Assembly (NCBI GenBank): GCA_964035575.1
Contig: OZ037845.1
Coordinates: 744,001 to 808,000, forward strand
Source of the DNA: Rhynchopus sp. YZ270_cl-10
Lineage: Eukaryota
Direction: 5' to 3'
DNA: 64,000 nucleotides
Shown here: positions 1 through 10,786 of the stretch, piece after piece
How positions within the stretch are numbered: the first letter of the stretch is position 1
How the letters are laid out: every line of letters starts with the position of its first letter
Position numbers and translations under genes: made by a program
Notes under the pieces: generated by a model
Databases searched by the model: none
Told to the model about the DNA's origin: nothing
Seen by the model: the letters and a program-made list of their open reading frames with translations, nothing else

Positions 1-1250
1 AGTGTTATCTTTGTATCGGATACGTTGTCCGGGAAGTTTGCTTGCAAGACGTCGTCATCTGTTAGAAGAAATTCTTCGACTTTTGCTTTAACTCCATTCG
101 TCTTGTCTTCTTCTCCTGTTTCACCGTTTATGGGATTCTCCTGGGTGGCGCGCTGTGCAGCTTCTTCGATGACTCCGTGATCAATCTCGTCTTCGTCGTC
201 AAAATCCATTCCTAGGTGCTGCATTGGAGATGAGTCAGCTTTTAGACAATCCAGATCGTCTTCGTTTGCGGGTTCTAATGGGACGTTCTTCCCTTTGGCA
301 AAGCTCTTTGGTGCTACATGATACACCACATCCCCCTTCTTCAACAAATCATGCACAAACGACGGCTTATTCTCATTCATCTCCACGATATCCTCCTCCA
401 GAAGCACCTCCTTGAAGCCTTCCACCACCTCTGCGGGGCCTTCTGTGTTTGCTTTGAAAAATTCATCGACCTGTTCGTTGTATTCAGGCGATCCTGTACC
501 GAGGTATGGTTTGAGAAGGGGCAACACCCTTTCCATCGCCATTTGCCCCATATGCTGGCTTCGGAGACCTAAAACATTGATTTTTCCATTAACAAAAATG
601 TGAACTCCGCATTTGGGATTGAGCATGCGAAGTCTCAACGCAGGGAACGTTTCTGGTTCATACGTACACCACTCTGGATGCGCCTTATGAAACTCATCCA
701 ACCGTACAGGCAACGACAGATCCGTAATACCAAGCATATTGGTCACCCGAAAGTTCAACACCCTCGCATTCCTTTCCCCCACCTTTCGAAACAATTTGCA
801 AATCTTCTTTGCAATATAGATTGCAGAATCCACAGTTTTCAACCCCGTCACCGAAACGTGCCCTTTCGCTGTAAGCCTAGCCCTTGCCTTGAGAGGAGGG
901 GAATGCTGTGGACAGTTAAGGAAGAGTGTTGCTGATCCGAATCGGGATGGGGTAAATTCGAGGACACGAATACGGGGTACAAGATCTTCGAAGATGAGGG
1001 TCGTACCTAGCTCGAAGCTGACGCAGACTGATTGGATGATAGGGGTGAGGCGGTCGTCTTTGAGGCGGACACAGTATTTTGCGTAGTTTGTGGTTTTCGA
1101 CTCAGCGGTAGGGTTGATGGCGGAGTCGCCGTACTGCATGTCTAGAAGCATTTGGTTGTGAACATCCACAGCAGAACCAACGAAGCCAGTGTCCTCCCCT
1201 TCATGGTGCATATCCTCAAGCATGTCATCCCCATCCCATTCATCCCCCAT
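1..1250 (-). CDS. Divergent TATA-binding-protein-like factor (TBP/TRF4 family), 3'-partial; acidic N-terminus and long acidic C-terminal extension
   Basis: Manual translation of the minus strand from ATG 1250 is open to the window edge (an in-frame ATG at 1295 is also possible). The core (1046-501) reads TPIIQSVCVSFELG...EFTPSRF...RLTAKGHVSVTG...NFRVTNMLG...YEPETFPAL...VHIFVNGKINVLG...VLPLLKPY, matching both TBP repeats (EYNPKRF, LIFSSGK, YEPELFPGL, LIFVSGK). Confidence 0.85.
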   Translation of the reverse strand, partial: MGDEWDGDDMLEDMHHEGEDTGFVGSAVDVHNQMLLDMQYGDSAINPTAESKTTNYAKYCVRLKDDRLTPIIQSVCVSFELGTTLIFEDLVPRIRVLEFTPSRFGSATLFLNCPQHSPPLKARARLTAKGHVSVTGLKTVDSAIYIAKKICKLFRKVGERNARVLNFRVTNMLGITDLSLPVRLDEFHKAHPEWCTYEPETFPALRLRMLNPKCGVHIFVNGKINVLGLRSQHMGQMAMERVLPLLKPYLGTGSPEYNEQVDEFFKANTEGPAEVVEGFKEVLLEEDIVEMNENKPSFVHDLLKKGDVVYHVAPKSFAKGKNVPLEPANEDDLDCLKADSSPMQHLGMDFDDEDEIDHGVIEEAAQRATQENPINGETGEEDKTNGVKAKVEEFLLTDDDVLQANFPDNVSDTKIT

Positions 1251-2313
1251 TGTGAATATGAGGACTTCTGTGAAGCATTTAACTGAATGTAGCATGAGGG
1301 TGTGGGGGTAAGGTAGTGAGAAAGATGGGAGGAGGGGGGGTGATACTTTGGTTTTACTTTGTTTTCTTCTGCTGAGGATGTGGTCCTGATCAAAAACCTA
1401 TGGGTTTTATGTTATTTTCAGGCCCGCCTTTCCCTCTTTTTGCAAAGTGCAAACAAGGGAAAAGGAGAGAGTACACACAAAAAAAAGAACCCCTCAAGAC
1501 AGAGAGAAGGTCGTGCAGAACATCACACACACACAGAGCAACGGCAAACTTGGTGCGCATCGTCGGTGCGTGTGTGTTTGCACGTGGGGGCGGGGGAGGA
1601 AAGGGAAAAGGAAAATGAAAAGCAATAAACACGATTGTTTATAGAGCGGAGAGAAAAAGTAAACAAAAAAAAAATTGAAATTGAAATTGAAAAAAAAAAC
1701 AGCAGTGTGACACTGCGCCCAAAACACACATTCCGCACCGTACAGGCACAGCTTCCCCTCTCTGTCTCTGTCCCCCGCACGATCAAGTCAACGTTCCAGT
1801 CCACACCTTGCAGGTGTGGTAGTGAAGTTGCGCACAGGGGATGATAGTTTTAAGGATGGAAGCACCGCAGACGAGGTGGTGTCTGCAGGGAAAGGGTCCT
1901 GGAAAAACATGACAAAAGAAGGACACAAAAAGGGGACACAACAATGCGAACATGGAAAATAGAAAAAGTGACATAACCGAAAAATGTGCGTTTCAAAACA
2001 ACAACGTGGCCCTCAAAAAGAGGGAAATCGTCAGGTGAAAAAAAAGCAGCTGCAAAGTTGTTACTGCGAATGAGGAAGACGCAAGACAGGAGAAGAAGGA
2101 TCTCATGTGTGCTGGCAGCCTCGCTTTGTCACATCCACAAAAAAGCAACTGCTAATATAAAAGCCCGAAAAAAACGAGACCACGTTGTAAAAACGACACG
2201 ATGCGAATATTTTAAAGTAGAGAAAAGAGAAAAGAGAAAACTTGAAAAACTAGCATATGATCCCACCTGCAAAGAAAAAGTGCAGCCAAGAAAACATTTG
2301 TAAGCTGAGCACT

Positions 2314-2361
2314 GTCACAGTCACAGTCACAGTCACAGTCACAGCCACAGCCACAGCCACA
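2314..2361. repeat. Compound hexamer microsatellite (GTCACA)n(GCCACA)m just 3' of the stop codon, present in every array unit
   Basis: 5+3 copies in units 1, 2 and 7; 5+4 in units 3, 4, 5, 8 and 9; 7+3 in unit 6. This accounts for the 6-bp steps in unit length. Confidence 0.95.
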
Positions 2362-2362
2362 C

Positions 2363-3838
2363 TCAGATGCACTGTCCACGGCCCTCGCTGTCCAGCATGC
2401 AGCGCTTCTGGTCACCGCAGTCCATGAGCACACACTGGTTGAACACACAGCAGCTGGCGCCGTCAGATCCCGCAACGCACACGTGGTCACGCGCAGTGCA
2501 GCCGGTGGAGGCTGTGCACGACGCCTTGTCTCCGCACATGGCCTGCTTCCTGCAGATCACGTCCTCGCAGCAGCCATCCTGCTTCTGGTCAGTCACCTCC
2601 ACACAGGCGCTGGTGCTTCCCGTGAGCAGTGCCAGCAGCATGTCGATTCTGCAGATGAGTGCGTCTGTGCCCTCAACAGCGCCGTAGCCGGCAGGGCAGG
2701 AAAGCGGGGCGGGGCAGCAGGGCTCCTCGTCACGCACGCAGCACTTCTGGCACCTTGGGCCCTGGCAGGTAGGGTCAACGGTGCAGGTGTAGCCAGGCTT
2801 GCAGGCGTCAAAGCCTGTGCCACAGGTGGGGCCCTGTGCGGAGCAGAAGGAGGGGGTCGGCGGGGTCGGGGGGGTCTCCTTCACACAGGTTCCGGGTGCG
2901 TCGCACGTCGGCTCCGAGCACTGGCAGGTGAGTCCCGAAGCGCACCTGTTGTAGAAGCAGGGCAGGGTGAAGCCGCCACAGCCCGCACCCTCAGGCTGGT
3001 AGTCGACACATTCCTTTGTTGTGAGGCATGCGAACCGGTCGGGCGAAGAGGTGTCGCGTGTGGCGCGGCAGAACTGCGTGCTCGGGCAGTCTGCGTTCGT
3101 GTCGCACCCGCTCACAACAGTAGGGGCCGGAGGGGCGGTCTCCTTCACACAGGTTCCAGGTGCGTCGCACGTCGGCTCCGAGCACTGGCAGGTGAGTCCC
3201 GAAGCACACCTGTTGTAGAAGCAGGGCAGAGTGAAGCCGCCACAGCCCGCACCCTCAGGCTGGTAGTCAACACACTCCTTTGTTGTGAGGCATGCGAACT
3301 GGTCGGGCGAGGAGGTGTCGCGAGTGGCGCGGCAGAACTGCGTGCTCGGGCAGTCTGCGTTCGTGTCGCACCCGTTCACAACAGTAGGGGCCGGAGGGGC
3401 GGTCTCCTTCACACAGGTTCCAGGTGCGTCGCACGTCGGCTCCGAACACTGGCAGGTGAGCCCCGAAGCGCACCTGTTGTAGAAGCAGGGCAGGGTGAAG
3501 CCGCCACAGCCCGCACCCTCAGGCTGGTAGTCAACACATTCCTTCGTTGTGAGGCACGCAAAAAGGTCGGGCGAGGAGGTGTCGCGAGTGGCGCGGCAGA
3601 ACTGTGTTTTCGGGCAGTCTGCGTTCGTGTCACACCCCTGCACAATCTGCCTGCACGTGATGGTGGTGCAGCACGCAGACGCTGTCGTGCACGTACCGCT
3701 CTGCAGTCCCTCTGGTGTGCACGGTGTCGCCGTCTCCACAAACCCAAGCGGGCAGGTGGGGTGCTGCAGGCAGCAGTTCACGTCTGCAGACGCGACAGAC
3801 GCGAGCAGTGCTGACACGGTGATTGAGAGCATCTTCAT
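2363..3838 (-). CDS. Secreted cysteine-rich repeat protein, copy 1 (491 aa, 3 x 88-aa 12-Cys repeats)
   Basis: N-terminal signal peptide MKMLSITVSALLASVASA. The repeats contain an IGFBP-like CV..EG..CGG....C..GL.C...G.C half. No TM segment or GPI tail is evident. Confidence 0.9.
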   Translation of the reverse strand: MKMLSITVSALLASVASADVNCCLQHPTCPLGFVETATPCTPEGLQSGTCTTASACCTTITCRQIVQGCDTNADCPKTQFCRATRDTSSPDLFACLTTKECVDYQPEGAGCGGFTLPCFYNRCASGLTCQCSEPTCDAPGTCVKETAPPAPTVVNGCDTNADCPSTQFCRATRDTSSPDQFACLTTKECVDYQPEGAGCGGFTLPCFYNRCASGLTCQCSEPTCDAPGTCVKETAPPAPTVVSGCDTNADCPSTQFCRATRDTSSPDRFACLTTKECVDYQPEGAGCGGFTLPCFYNRCASGLTCQCSEPTCDAPGTCVKETPPTPPTPSFCSAQGPTCGTGFDACKPGYTCTVDPTCQGPRCQKCCVRDEEPCCPAPLSCPAGYGAVEGTDALICRIDMLLALLTGSTSACVEVTDQKQDGCCEDVICRKQAMCGDKASCTASTGCTARDHVCVAGSDGASCCVFNQCVLMDCGDQKRCMLDSEGRGQCI

Positions 3839-4990
3839 CTTCGAAGGGTGCTATTTGTTTGTGTGTTGTGTGCAATGTTCCTGTCGGAATGTGGTGTGGT
3901 GTGCGAGGGGCTTGCTTTGGGGTGGTGAGGTGGTGACAAAGTAGCAAAAGGATGGGCAACACAGGGGATTTATTTTGGTTTTACTTTGTTTTCTTCTGCT
4001 GAGGATGTGGTCCTGACAAAACCTGTGGGAGGTTTTACTTTTATTTCAGGCCCGCCTTTCCCTCTTTTTGCAAAGTGCAAACAAGGGAAAAGGAGAGAGT
4101 ACACACAAAAAAAAGAACCCCTCAAGACAGAGAGAAGGTCGTGCAGAACATCACACACACACAGAGCAACGGCAAACTTGGTGCGCATCGTCGGTGCGTG
4201 TGTGTTTGCACGTGGGGGCGGGGGAGGAAAGGGAAAAGGAAAATGAAAAGCAATAAACACGATTGTTTATAGAGCGGAGAGAAAAAGTAAACAAAAAAAA
4301 AATTGAAATTGAAATTGAAAAAAAAAACAGCAGTGTGACACTGCGCCCAAAACACACATTCCGCACCGTACAGGCACAGCTTCCCCTCTCTGTCTCTGTC
4401 CCCCGCACGATCAAGTCAACGTTCCAGTCCACACCTTGCAGGTGTGGTAGTGAAGTTGCGCACAGGGGATGATAGTTTTAAGGATGGAAGCACCGCAGAC
4501 GAGGTGGTGTCTGCAGGGAAAGGGTCCTGGAAAAACATGACAAAAGAAGGACACAAAAAGGGGACACAACAATGCGAACATGGAAAATAGAAAAAGTGAC
4601 ATAACCGAAAAATGTGCGTTTCAAAACAACAACGTGGCCCTCAAAAAGAGGGAAATCGCCAGGTGAAAAAAAAGCAGCTGCAAAGTTGTTACTGCGAATG
4701 AGGAAGACGCAAGACAGGAGAAGAAGGATCTCATGTGTGCTGGCAGCCTCGCTTTGTCACATCCACAAAAAAGCAACTGCTAATATAAAAGCCCGAAAAA
4801 AACGAGACCACGTTGTAAAAACGACACGATGCGAATATTTTAAAGTAGAGAAAAGAGAAAAGAGAAAACTTGAAAAACTAGCATATGATCCCACCTGCAA
4901 AGAAAAAGTGCAGCCAAGAAAACATTTGTAAGCTGAGCACTGTCACAGTCACAGTCACAGTCACAGTCACAGCCACAGCCACAGCCACAC

Positions 4991-6466
4991 TCAGATGCAC
5001 TGTCCACGGCCCTCGCTGTCCAGCATGCAGCGCTTCTGGTCACCGCAGTCCATGAGCACACACTGGTTGAACACACAGCAGCTGGCGCCGTCAGATCCCG
5101 CAACGCACACGTGGTCACGCGCAGTGCAGCCGGTGGAGGCTGTGCACGACGCCTTGTCTCCGCACATGGCCTGCTTCCTGCAGATCACGTCCTCGCAGCA
5201 GCCATCCTGCTTCTGGTCAGTCACCTCCACACAGGCGCTGGTGCTTCCCGTGAGCAGTGCCAGCAGCATGTCGATTCTGCAGATGAGTGCGTCTGTGCCC
5301 TCAACAGCGCCGTAGCCGGCAGGGCAGGAAAGCGGGGCGGGGCAGCAGGGCTCCTCGTCACGCACGCAGCACTTCTGGCACCTTGGGCCCTGGCAGGTAG
5401 GGTCAACGGTGCAGGTGTAGCCAGGCTTGCAGGCGTCAAAGCCTGTGCCACAGGTGGGGCCCTGTGCGGAGCAGAAGGAGGGGGTCGGCGGGGTCGGGGG
5501 GGTCTCCTTCACACAGGTTCCGGGTGCGTCGCACGTCGGCTCCGAGCACTGGCAGGTGAGTCCCGAAGCGCACCTGTTGTAGAAGCAGGGCAGGGTGAAG
5601 CCGCCACAGCCCGCACCCTCAGGCTGGTAGTCGACACATTCCTTTGTTGTGAGGCATGCGAACCGGTCGGGCGAAGAGGTGTCGCGTGTGGCGCGGCAGA
5701 ACTGCGTGCTCGGGCAGTCTGCGTTCGTGTCGCACCCGCTCACAACAGTAGGGGCCGGAGGGGCGGTCTCCTTCACACAGGTTCCAGGTGCGTCGCACGT
5801 CGGCTCCGAGCACTGGCAGGTGAGTCCCGAAGCACACCTGTTGTAGAAGCAGGGCAGAGTGAAGCCGCCACAGCCCGCACCCTCAGGCTGGTAGTCAACA
5901 CACTCCTTTGTTGTGAGGCATGCGAACTGGTCGGGCGAGGAGGTGTCGCGAGTGGCGCGGCAGAACTGCGTGCTCGGGCAGTCTGCGTTCGTGTCGCACC
6001 CGTTCACAACAGTAGGGGCCGGAGGGGCGGTCTCCTTCACACAGGTTCCAGGTGCGTCGCACGTCGGCTCCGAACACTGGCAGGTGAGCCCCGAAGCGCA
6101 CCTGTTGTAGAAGCAGGGCAGGGTGAAGCCGCCACAGCCCGCACCCTCAGGCTGGTAGTCAACACATTCCTTCGTTGTGAGGCACGCAAAAAGGTCGGGC
6201 GAGGAGGTGTCGCGAGTGGCGCGGCAGAACTGTGTTTTCGGGCAGTCTGCGTTCGTGTCACACCCCTGCACAATCTGCCTGCACGTGATGGTGGTGCAGC
6301 ACGCAGACGCTGTCGTGCACGTACCGCTCTGCAGTCCCTCTGGTGTGCACGGTGTCGCCGTCTCCACAAACCCAAGCGGGCAGGTGGGGTGCTGCAGGCA
6401 GCAGTTCACGTCTGCAGACGCGACAGACGCGAGCAGTGCTGACACGGTGATTGAGAGCATCTTCAT
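4991..6466 (-). CDS. Secreted cysteine-rich repeat protein, copy 2 (491 aa, 3 repeats)
   Basis: Translation identical to copy 1. Confidence 0.9.
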   Translation of the reverse strand: MKMLSITVSALLASVASADVNCCLQHPTCPLGFVETATPCTPEGLQSGTCTTASACCTTITCRQIVQGCDTNADCPKTQFCRATRDTSSPDLFACLTTKECVDYQPEGAGCGGFTLPCFYNRCASGLTCQCSEPTCDAPGTCVKETAPPAPTVVNGCDTNADCPSTQFCRATRDTSSPDQFACLTTKECVDYQPEGAGCGGFTLPCFYNRCASGLTCQCSEPTCDAPGTCVKETAPPAPTVVSGCDTNADCPSTQFCRATRDTSSPDRFACLTTKECVDYQPEGAGCGGFTLPCFYNRCASGLTCQCSEPTCDAPGTCVKETPPTPPTPSFCSAQGPTCGTGFDACKPGYTCTVDPTCQGPRCQKCCVRDEEPCCPAPLSCPAGYGAVEGTDALICRIDMLLALLTGSTSACVEVTDQKQDGCCEDVICRKQAMCGDKASCTASTGCTARDHVCVAGSDGASCCVFNQCVLMDCGDQKRCMLDSEGRGQCI

Positions 6467-7624
6467 CTTCGAAGGGTGCTATTTGTTTGTGTGTTGTGTG
6501 CAATGTTCCTGTCGGAATGTGGTGTGGTGTGCGAGGGGCTTGCTTTGGGGTGGTGAGGTGGTGACAAAGTAGCAAAAGGATGGGCAACACAGGGGATTTA
6601 TTTTGGTTTTACTTTGTTTTCTTCTGCTGAGGATGTGGTCCTGACAAAACCTGTGGGAGGTTTTACTTTTATTTCAGGCCCGCCTTTCCCTCTTTTTGCA
6701 AAGTGCAAACAAGGGAAAAGGAGAGAGTACACACAAAAAAAAGAACCCCTCAAGACAGAGAGAAGGTCGTGCAGAACATCACACACACACAGAGCAACGG
6801 CAAACTTGGTGCGCATCGTCGGTGCGTGTGTGTTTGCACGTGGGGGCGGGGGAGGAAAGGGAAAAGGAAAATGAAAAGCAATAAACACGATTGTTTATAG
6901 AGCGGAGAGAAAAAGTAAACAAAAAAAAAATTGAAATTGAAATTGAAAAAAAAAACAGCAGTGTGACACTGCGCCCAAAACACACATTCCGCACCGTACA
7001 GGCACAGCTTCCCCTCTCTGTCTCTGTCCCCCGCACGATCAAGTCAACGTTCCAGTCCACACCTTGCAGGTGTGGTAGTGAAGTTGCGCACAGGGGATGA
7101 TAGTTTTAAGGATGGAAGCACCGCAGACGAGGTGGTGTCTGCAGGGAAAGGGTCCTGGAAAAACATGACAAAAGAAGGACACAAAAAGGGGACACAACAA
7201 TGCGAACATGGAAAATAGAAAAAGTGACATAACCGAAAAATGTGCGTTTCAAAACAACAACGTGGCCCTCAAAAAGAGGGAAATCGTCAGGTGAAAAAAA
7301 AGCAGCTGCAAAGTTGTTACTGCGAATGAGGAAGACGCAAGACAGGAGAAGAAGGATCTCATGTGTGCTGGCAGCCTCGCTTTGTCACATCCACAAAAAA
7401 GCAACTGCTAATATAAAAGCCCGAAAAAAACGAGACCACGTTGTAAAAACGACACGATGCGAATATTTTAAAGTAGAGAAAAGAGAAAAGAGAAAACTTG
7501 AAAAACTAGCATATGATCCCACCTGCAAAGAAAAAGTGCAGCCAAGAAAACATTTGTAAGCTGAGCACTGTCACAGTCACAGTCACAGTCACAGTCACAG
7601 CCACAGCCACAGCCACAGCCACAC

Positions 7625-9628
7625 TCAGATGCACTGTCCACGGCCCTCGCTGTCCAGCATGCAGCGCTTCTGGTCACCGCAGTCCATGAGCACACACTGG
7701 TTGAACACACAGCAGCTGGCGCCGTCAGATCCCGCAACGCACACGTGGTCACGCGCAGTGCAGCCGGTGGAGGCTGTGCACGACGCCTTGTCTCCGCACA
7801 TGGCCTGCTTCCTGCAGATCACGTCCTCGCAGCAGCCATCCTGCTTCTGGTCAGTCACCTCCACACAGGCGCTGGTGCTTCCCGTGAGCAGTGCCAGCAG
7901 CATGTCGATTCTGCAGATGAGTGCGTCTGTGCCCTCAACAGCGCCGTAGCCGGCAGGGCAGGAAAGCGGGGCGGGGCAGCAGGGCTCCTCGTCACGCACG
8001 CAGCACTTCTGGCACCTTGGGCCCTGGCAGGTAGGGTCAACGGTGCAGGTGTAGCCAGGCTTGCAGGCGTCAAAGCCTGTGCCACAGGTGGGGCCCTGTG
8101 CGGAGCAGAAGGAGGGGGTCGGCGGGGTCGGGGGGGTCTCCTTCACACAGGTTCCGGGTGCGTCGCACGTCGGCTCCGAGCACTGGCAGGTGAGTCCCGA
8201 AGCGCACCTGTTGTAGAAGCAGGGCAGGGTGAAGCCGCCACAGCCCGCACCCTCAGGCTGGTAGTCGACACATTCCTTTGTTGTGAGGCATGCGAACCGG
8301 TCGGGCGAAGAGGTGTCGCGTGTGGCGCGGCAGAACTGCGTGCTCGGGCAGTCTGCGTTCGTGTCGCACCCGCTCACAACAGTAGGGGCCGGAGGGGCGG
8401 TCTCCTTCACACAGGTTCCAGGTGCGTCGCACGTCGGCTCCGAGCACTGGCAGGTGAGTCCCGAAGCACACCTGTTGTAGAAGCAGGGCAGAGTGAAGCC
8501 GCCACAGCCCGCACCCTCAGGCTGGTAGTCAACACACTCCTTTGTTGTGAGGCATGCGAACTGGTCGGGCGAGGAGGTGTCGCGAGTGGCGCGGCAGAAC
8601 TGCGTGCTCGGGCAGTCTGCGTTCGTGTCGCACCCGCTCACAACAGTAGGGGCCGGAGGGGCGGTCTCCTTCACACAGGTTCCAGGTGCGTCGCACGTCG
8701 GCTCCGAGCACTGGCAGGTGAGTCCCGAAGCGCACCTGTTGTAGAAGCAGGGCAGGGTGAAGCCGCCACAGCCCGCACCCTCAGGCTGGTAGTCGACACA
8801 TTCCTTTGTTGTGAGGCATGCGAACCGGTCGGGCGAAGAGGTGTCGCGTGTGGCGCGGCAGAACTGCGTGCTCGGGCAGTCTGCGTTCGTGTCGCACCCG
8901 CTCACAACAGTAGGGGCCGGAGGGGCGGTCTCCTTCACACAGGTTCCAGGTGCGTCGCACGTCGGCTCCGAGCACTGGCAGGTGAGTCCCGAAGCACACC
9001 TGTTGTAGAAGCAGGGCAGAGTGAAGCCGCCACAGCCCGCACCCTCAGGCTGGTAGTCAACACACTCCTTTGTTGTGAGGCATGCGAACTGGTCGGGCGA
9101 GGAGGTGTCGCGAGTGGCGCGGCAGAACTGCGTGCTCGGGCAGTCTGCGTTCGTGTCGCACCCGTTCACAACAGTAGGGGCCGGAGGGGCGGTCTCCTTC
9201 ACACAGGTTCCAGGTGCGTCGCACGTCGGCTCCGAACACTGGCAGGTGAGCCCCGAAGCGCACCTGTTGTAGAAGCAGGGCAGGGTGAAGCCGCCACAGC
9301 CCGCACCCTCAGGCTGGTAGTCAACACATTCCTTCGTTGTGAGGCACGCAAAAAGGTCGGGCGAGGAGGTGTCGCGAGTGGCGCGGCAGAACTGTGTTTT
9401 CGGGCAGTCTGCGTTCGTGTCACACCCCTGCACAATCTGCCTGCACGTGATGGTGGTGCAGCACGCAGACGCTGTCGTGCACGTACCGCTCTGCAGTCCC
9501 TCTGGTGTGCACGGTGTCGCCGTCTCCACAAACCCAAGCGGGCAGGTGGGGTGCTGCAGGCAGCAGTTCACGTCTGCAGACGCGACAGACGCGAGCAGTG
9601 CTGACACGGTGATTGAGAGCATCTTCAT
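7625..9628 (-). CDS. Secreted cysteine-rich repeat protein, copy 3 (667 aa, 5 repeats)
   Basis: Same termini as copy 1 with two extra 88-aa repeats. Confidence 0.9.
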   Translation of the reverse strand: MKMLSITVSALLASVASADVNCCLQHPTCPLGFVETATPCTPEGLQSGTCTTASACCTTITCRQIVQGCDTNADCPKTQFCRATRDTSSPDLFACLTTKECVDYQPEGAGCGGFTLPCFYNRCASGLTCQCSEPTCDAPGTCVKETAPPAPTVVNGCDTNADCPSTQFCRATRDTSSPDQFACLTTKECVDYQPEGAGCGGFTLPCFYNRCASGLTCQCSEPTCDAPGTCVKETAPPAPTVVSGCDTNADCPSTQFCRATRDTSSPDRFACLTTKECVDYQPEGAGCGGFTLPCFYNRCASGLTCQCSEPTCDAPGTCVKETAPPAPTVVSGCDTNADCPSTQFCRATRDTSSPDQFACLTTKECVDYQPEGAGCGGFTLPCFYNRCASGLTCQCSEPTCDAPGTCVKETAPPAPTVVSGCDTNADCPSTQFCRATRDTSSPDRFACLTTKECVDYQPEGAGCGGFTLPCFYNRCASGLTCQCSEPTCDAPGTCVKETPPTPPTPSFCSAQGPTCGTGFDACKPGYTCTVDPTCQGPRCQKCCVRDEEPCCPAPLSCPAGYGAVEGTDALICRIDMLLALLTGSTSACVEVTDQKQDGCCEDVICRKQAMCGDKASCTASTGCTARDHVCVAGSDGASCCVFNQCVLMDCGDQKRCMLDSEGRGQCI

Positions 9629-10786
9629 CTTCGAAGGGTGCTATTTGTTTGTGTGTTGTGTGCAATGTTCCTGTCGGAATGTGGTGTGGTGTGCGAGGGG
9701 CTTGCTTTGGGGTGGTGAGGTGGTGACAAAGTAGCAAAAGGATGGGCAACACAGGGGATTTATTTTGGTTTTACTTTGTTTTCTTCTGCTGAGGATGTGG
9801 TCCTGACAAAACCTGTGGGAGGTTTTACTTTTATTTCAGGCCCGCCTTTCCCTCTTTTTGCAAAGTGCAAACAAGGGAAAAGGAGAGAGTACACACAAAA
9901 AAAAGAACCCCTCAAGACAGAGAGAAGGTCGTGCAGAACATCACACACACACAGAGCAACGGCAAACTTGGTGCGCATCGTCGGTGCGTGTGTGTTTGCA
10001 CGTGGGGGCGGGGGAGGAAAGGGAAAAGGAAAATGAAAAGCAATAAACACGATTGTTTATAGAGCGGAGAGAAAAAGTAAACAAAAAAAAAATTGAAATT
10101 GAAATTGAAAAAAAAAACAGCAGTGTGACACTGCGCCCAAAACACACATTCCGCACCGTACAGGCACAGCTTCCCCTCTCTGTCTCTGTCCCCCGCACGA
10201 TCAAGTCAACGTTCCAGTCCACACCTTGCAGGTGTGGTAGTGAAGTTGCGCACAGGGGATGATAGTTTTAAGGATGGAAGCACCGCAGACGAGGTGGTGT
10301 CTGCAGGGAAAGGGTCCTGGAAAAACATGACAAAAGAAGGACACAAAAAGGGGACACAACAATGCGAACATGGAAAATAGAAAAAGTGACATAACCGAAA
10401 AATGTGCGTTTCAAAACAACAACGTGGCCCTCAAAAAGAGGGAAATCGTCAGGTGAAAAAAAAGCAGCTGCAAAGTTGTTACTGCGAATGAGGAAGACGC
10501 AAGACAGGAGAAGAAGGATCTCATGTGTGCTGGCAGCCTCGCTTTGTCACATCCACAAAAAAGCAACTGCTAATATAAAAGCCCGAAAAAAACGAGACCA
10601 CGTTGTAAAAACGACACGATGCGAATATTTTAAAGTAGAGAAAAGAGAAAAGAGAAAACTTGAAAAACTAGCATATGATCCCACCTGCAAAGAAAAAGTG
10701 CAGCCAAGAAAACATTTGTAAGCTGAGCACTGTCACAGTCACAGTCACAGTCACAGTCACAGCCACAGCCACAGCCACAGCCACAC

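Noticed and set aside
2212..2490. ORF containing CGCGCDCDCD, suggestive of a metallothionein-like peptide
   Set aside because: Simply the translation of the hexamer microsatellite in an alternate frame overlapping the real gene
2483..3814. 443-619 aa plus-strand ORFs in each unit of array 1
   Set aside because: Antisense shadows of the GC-rich repetitive Cys-rich gene; non-ATG start and no protein-like features
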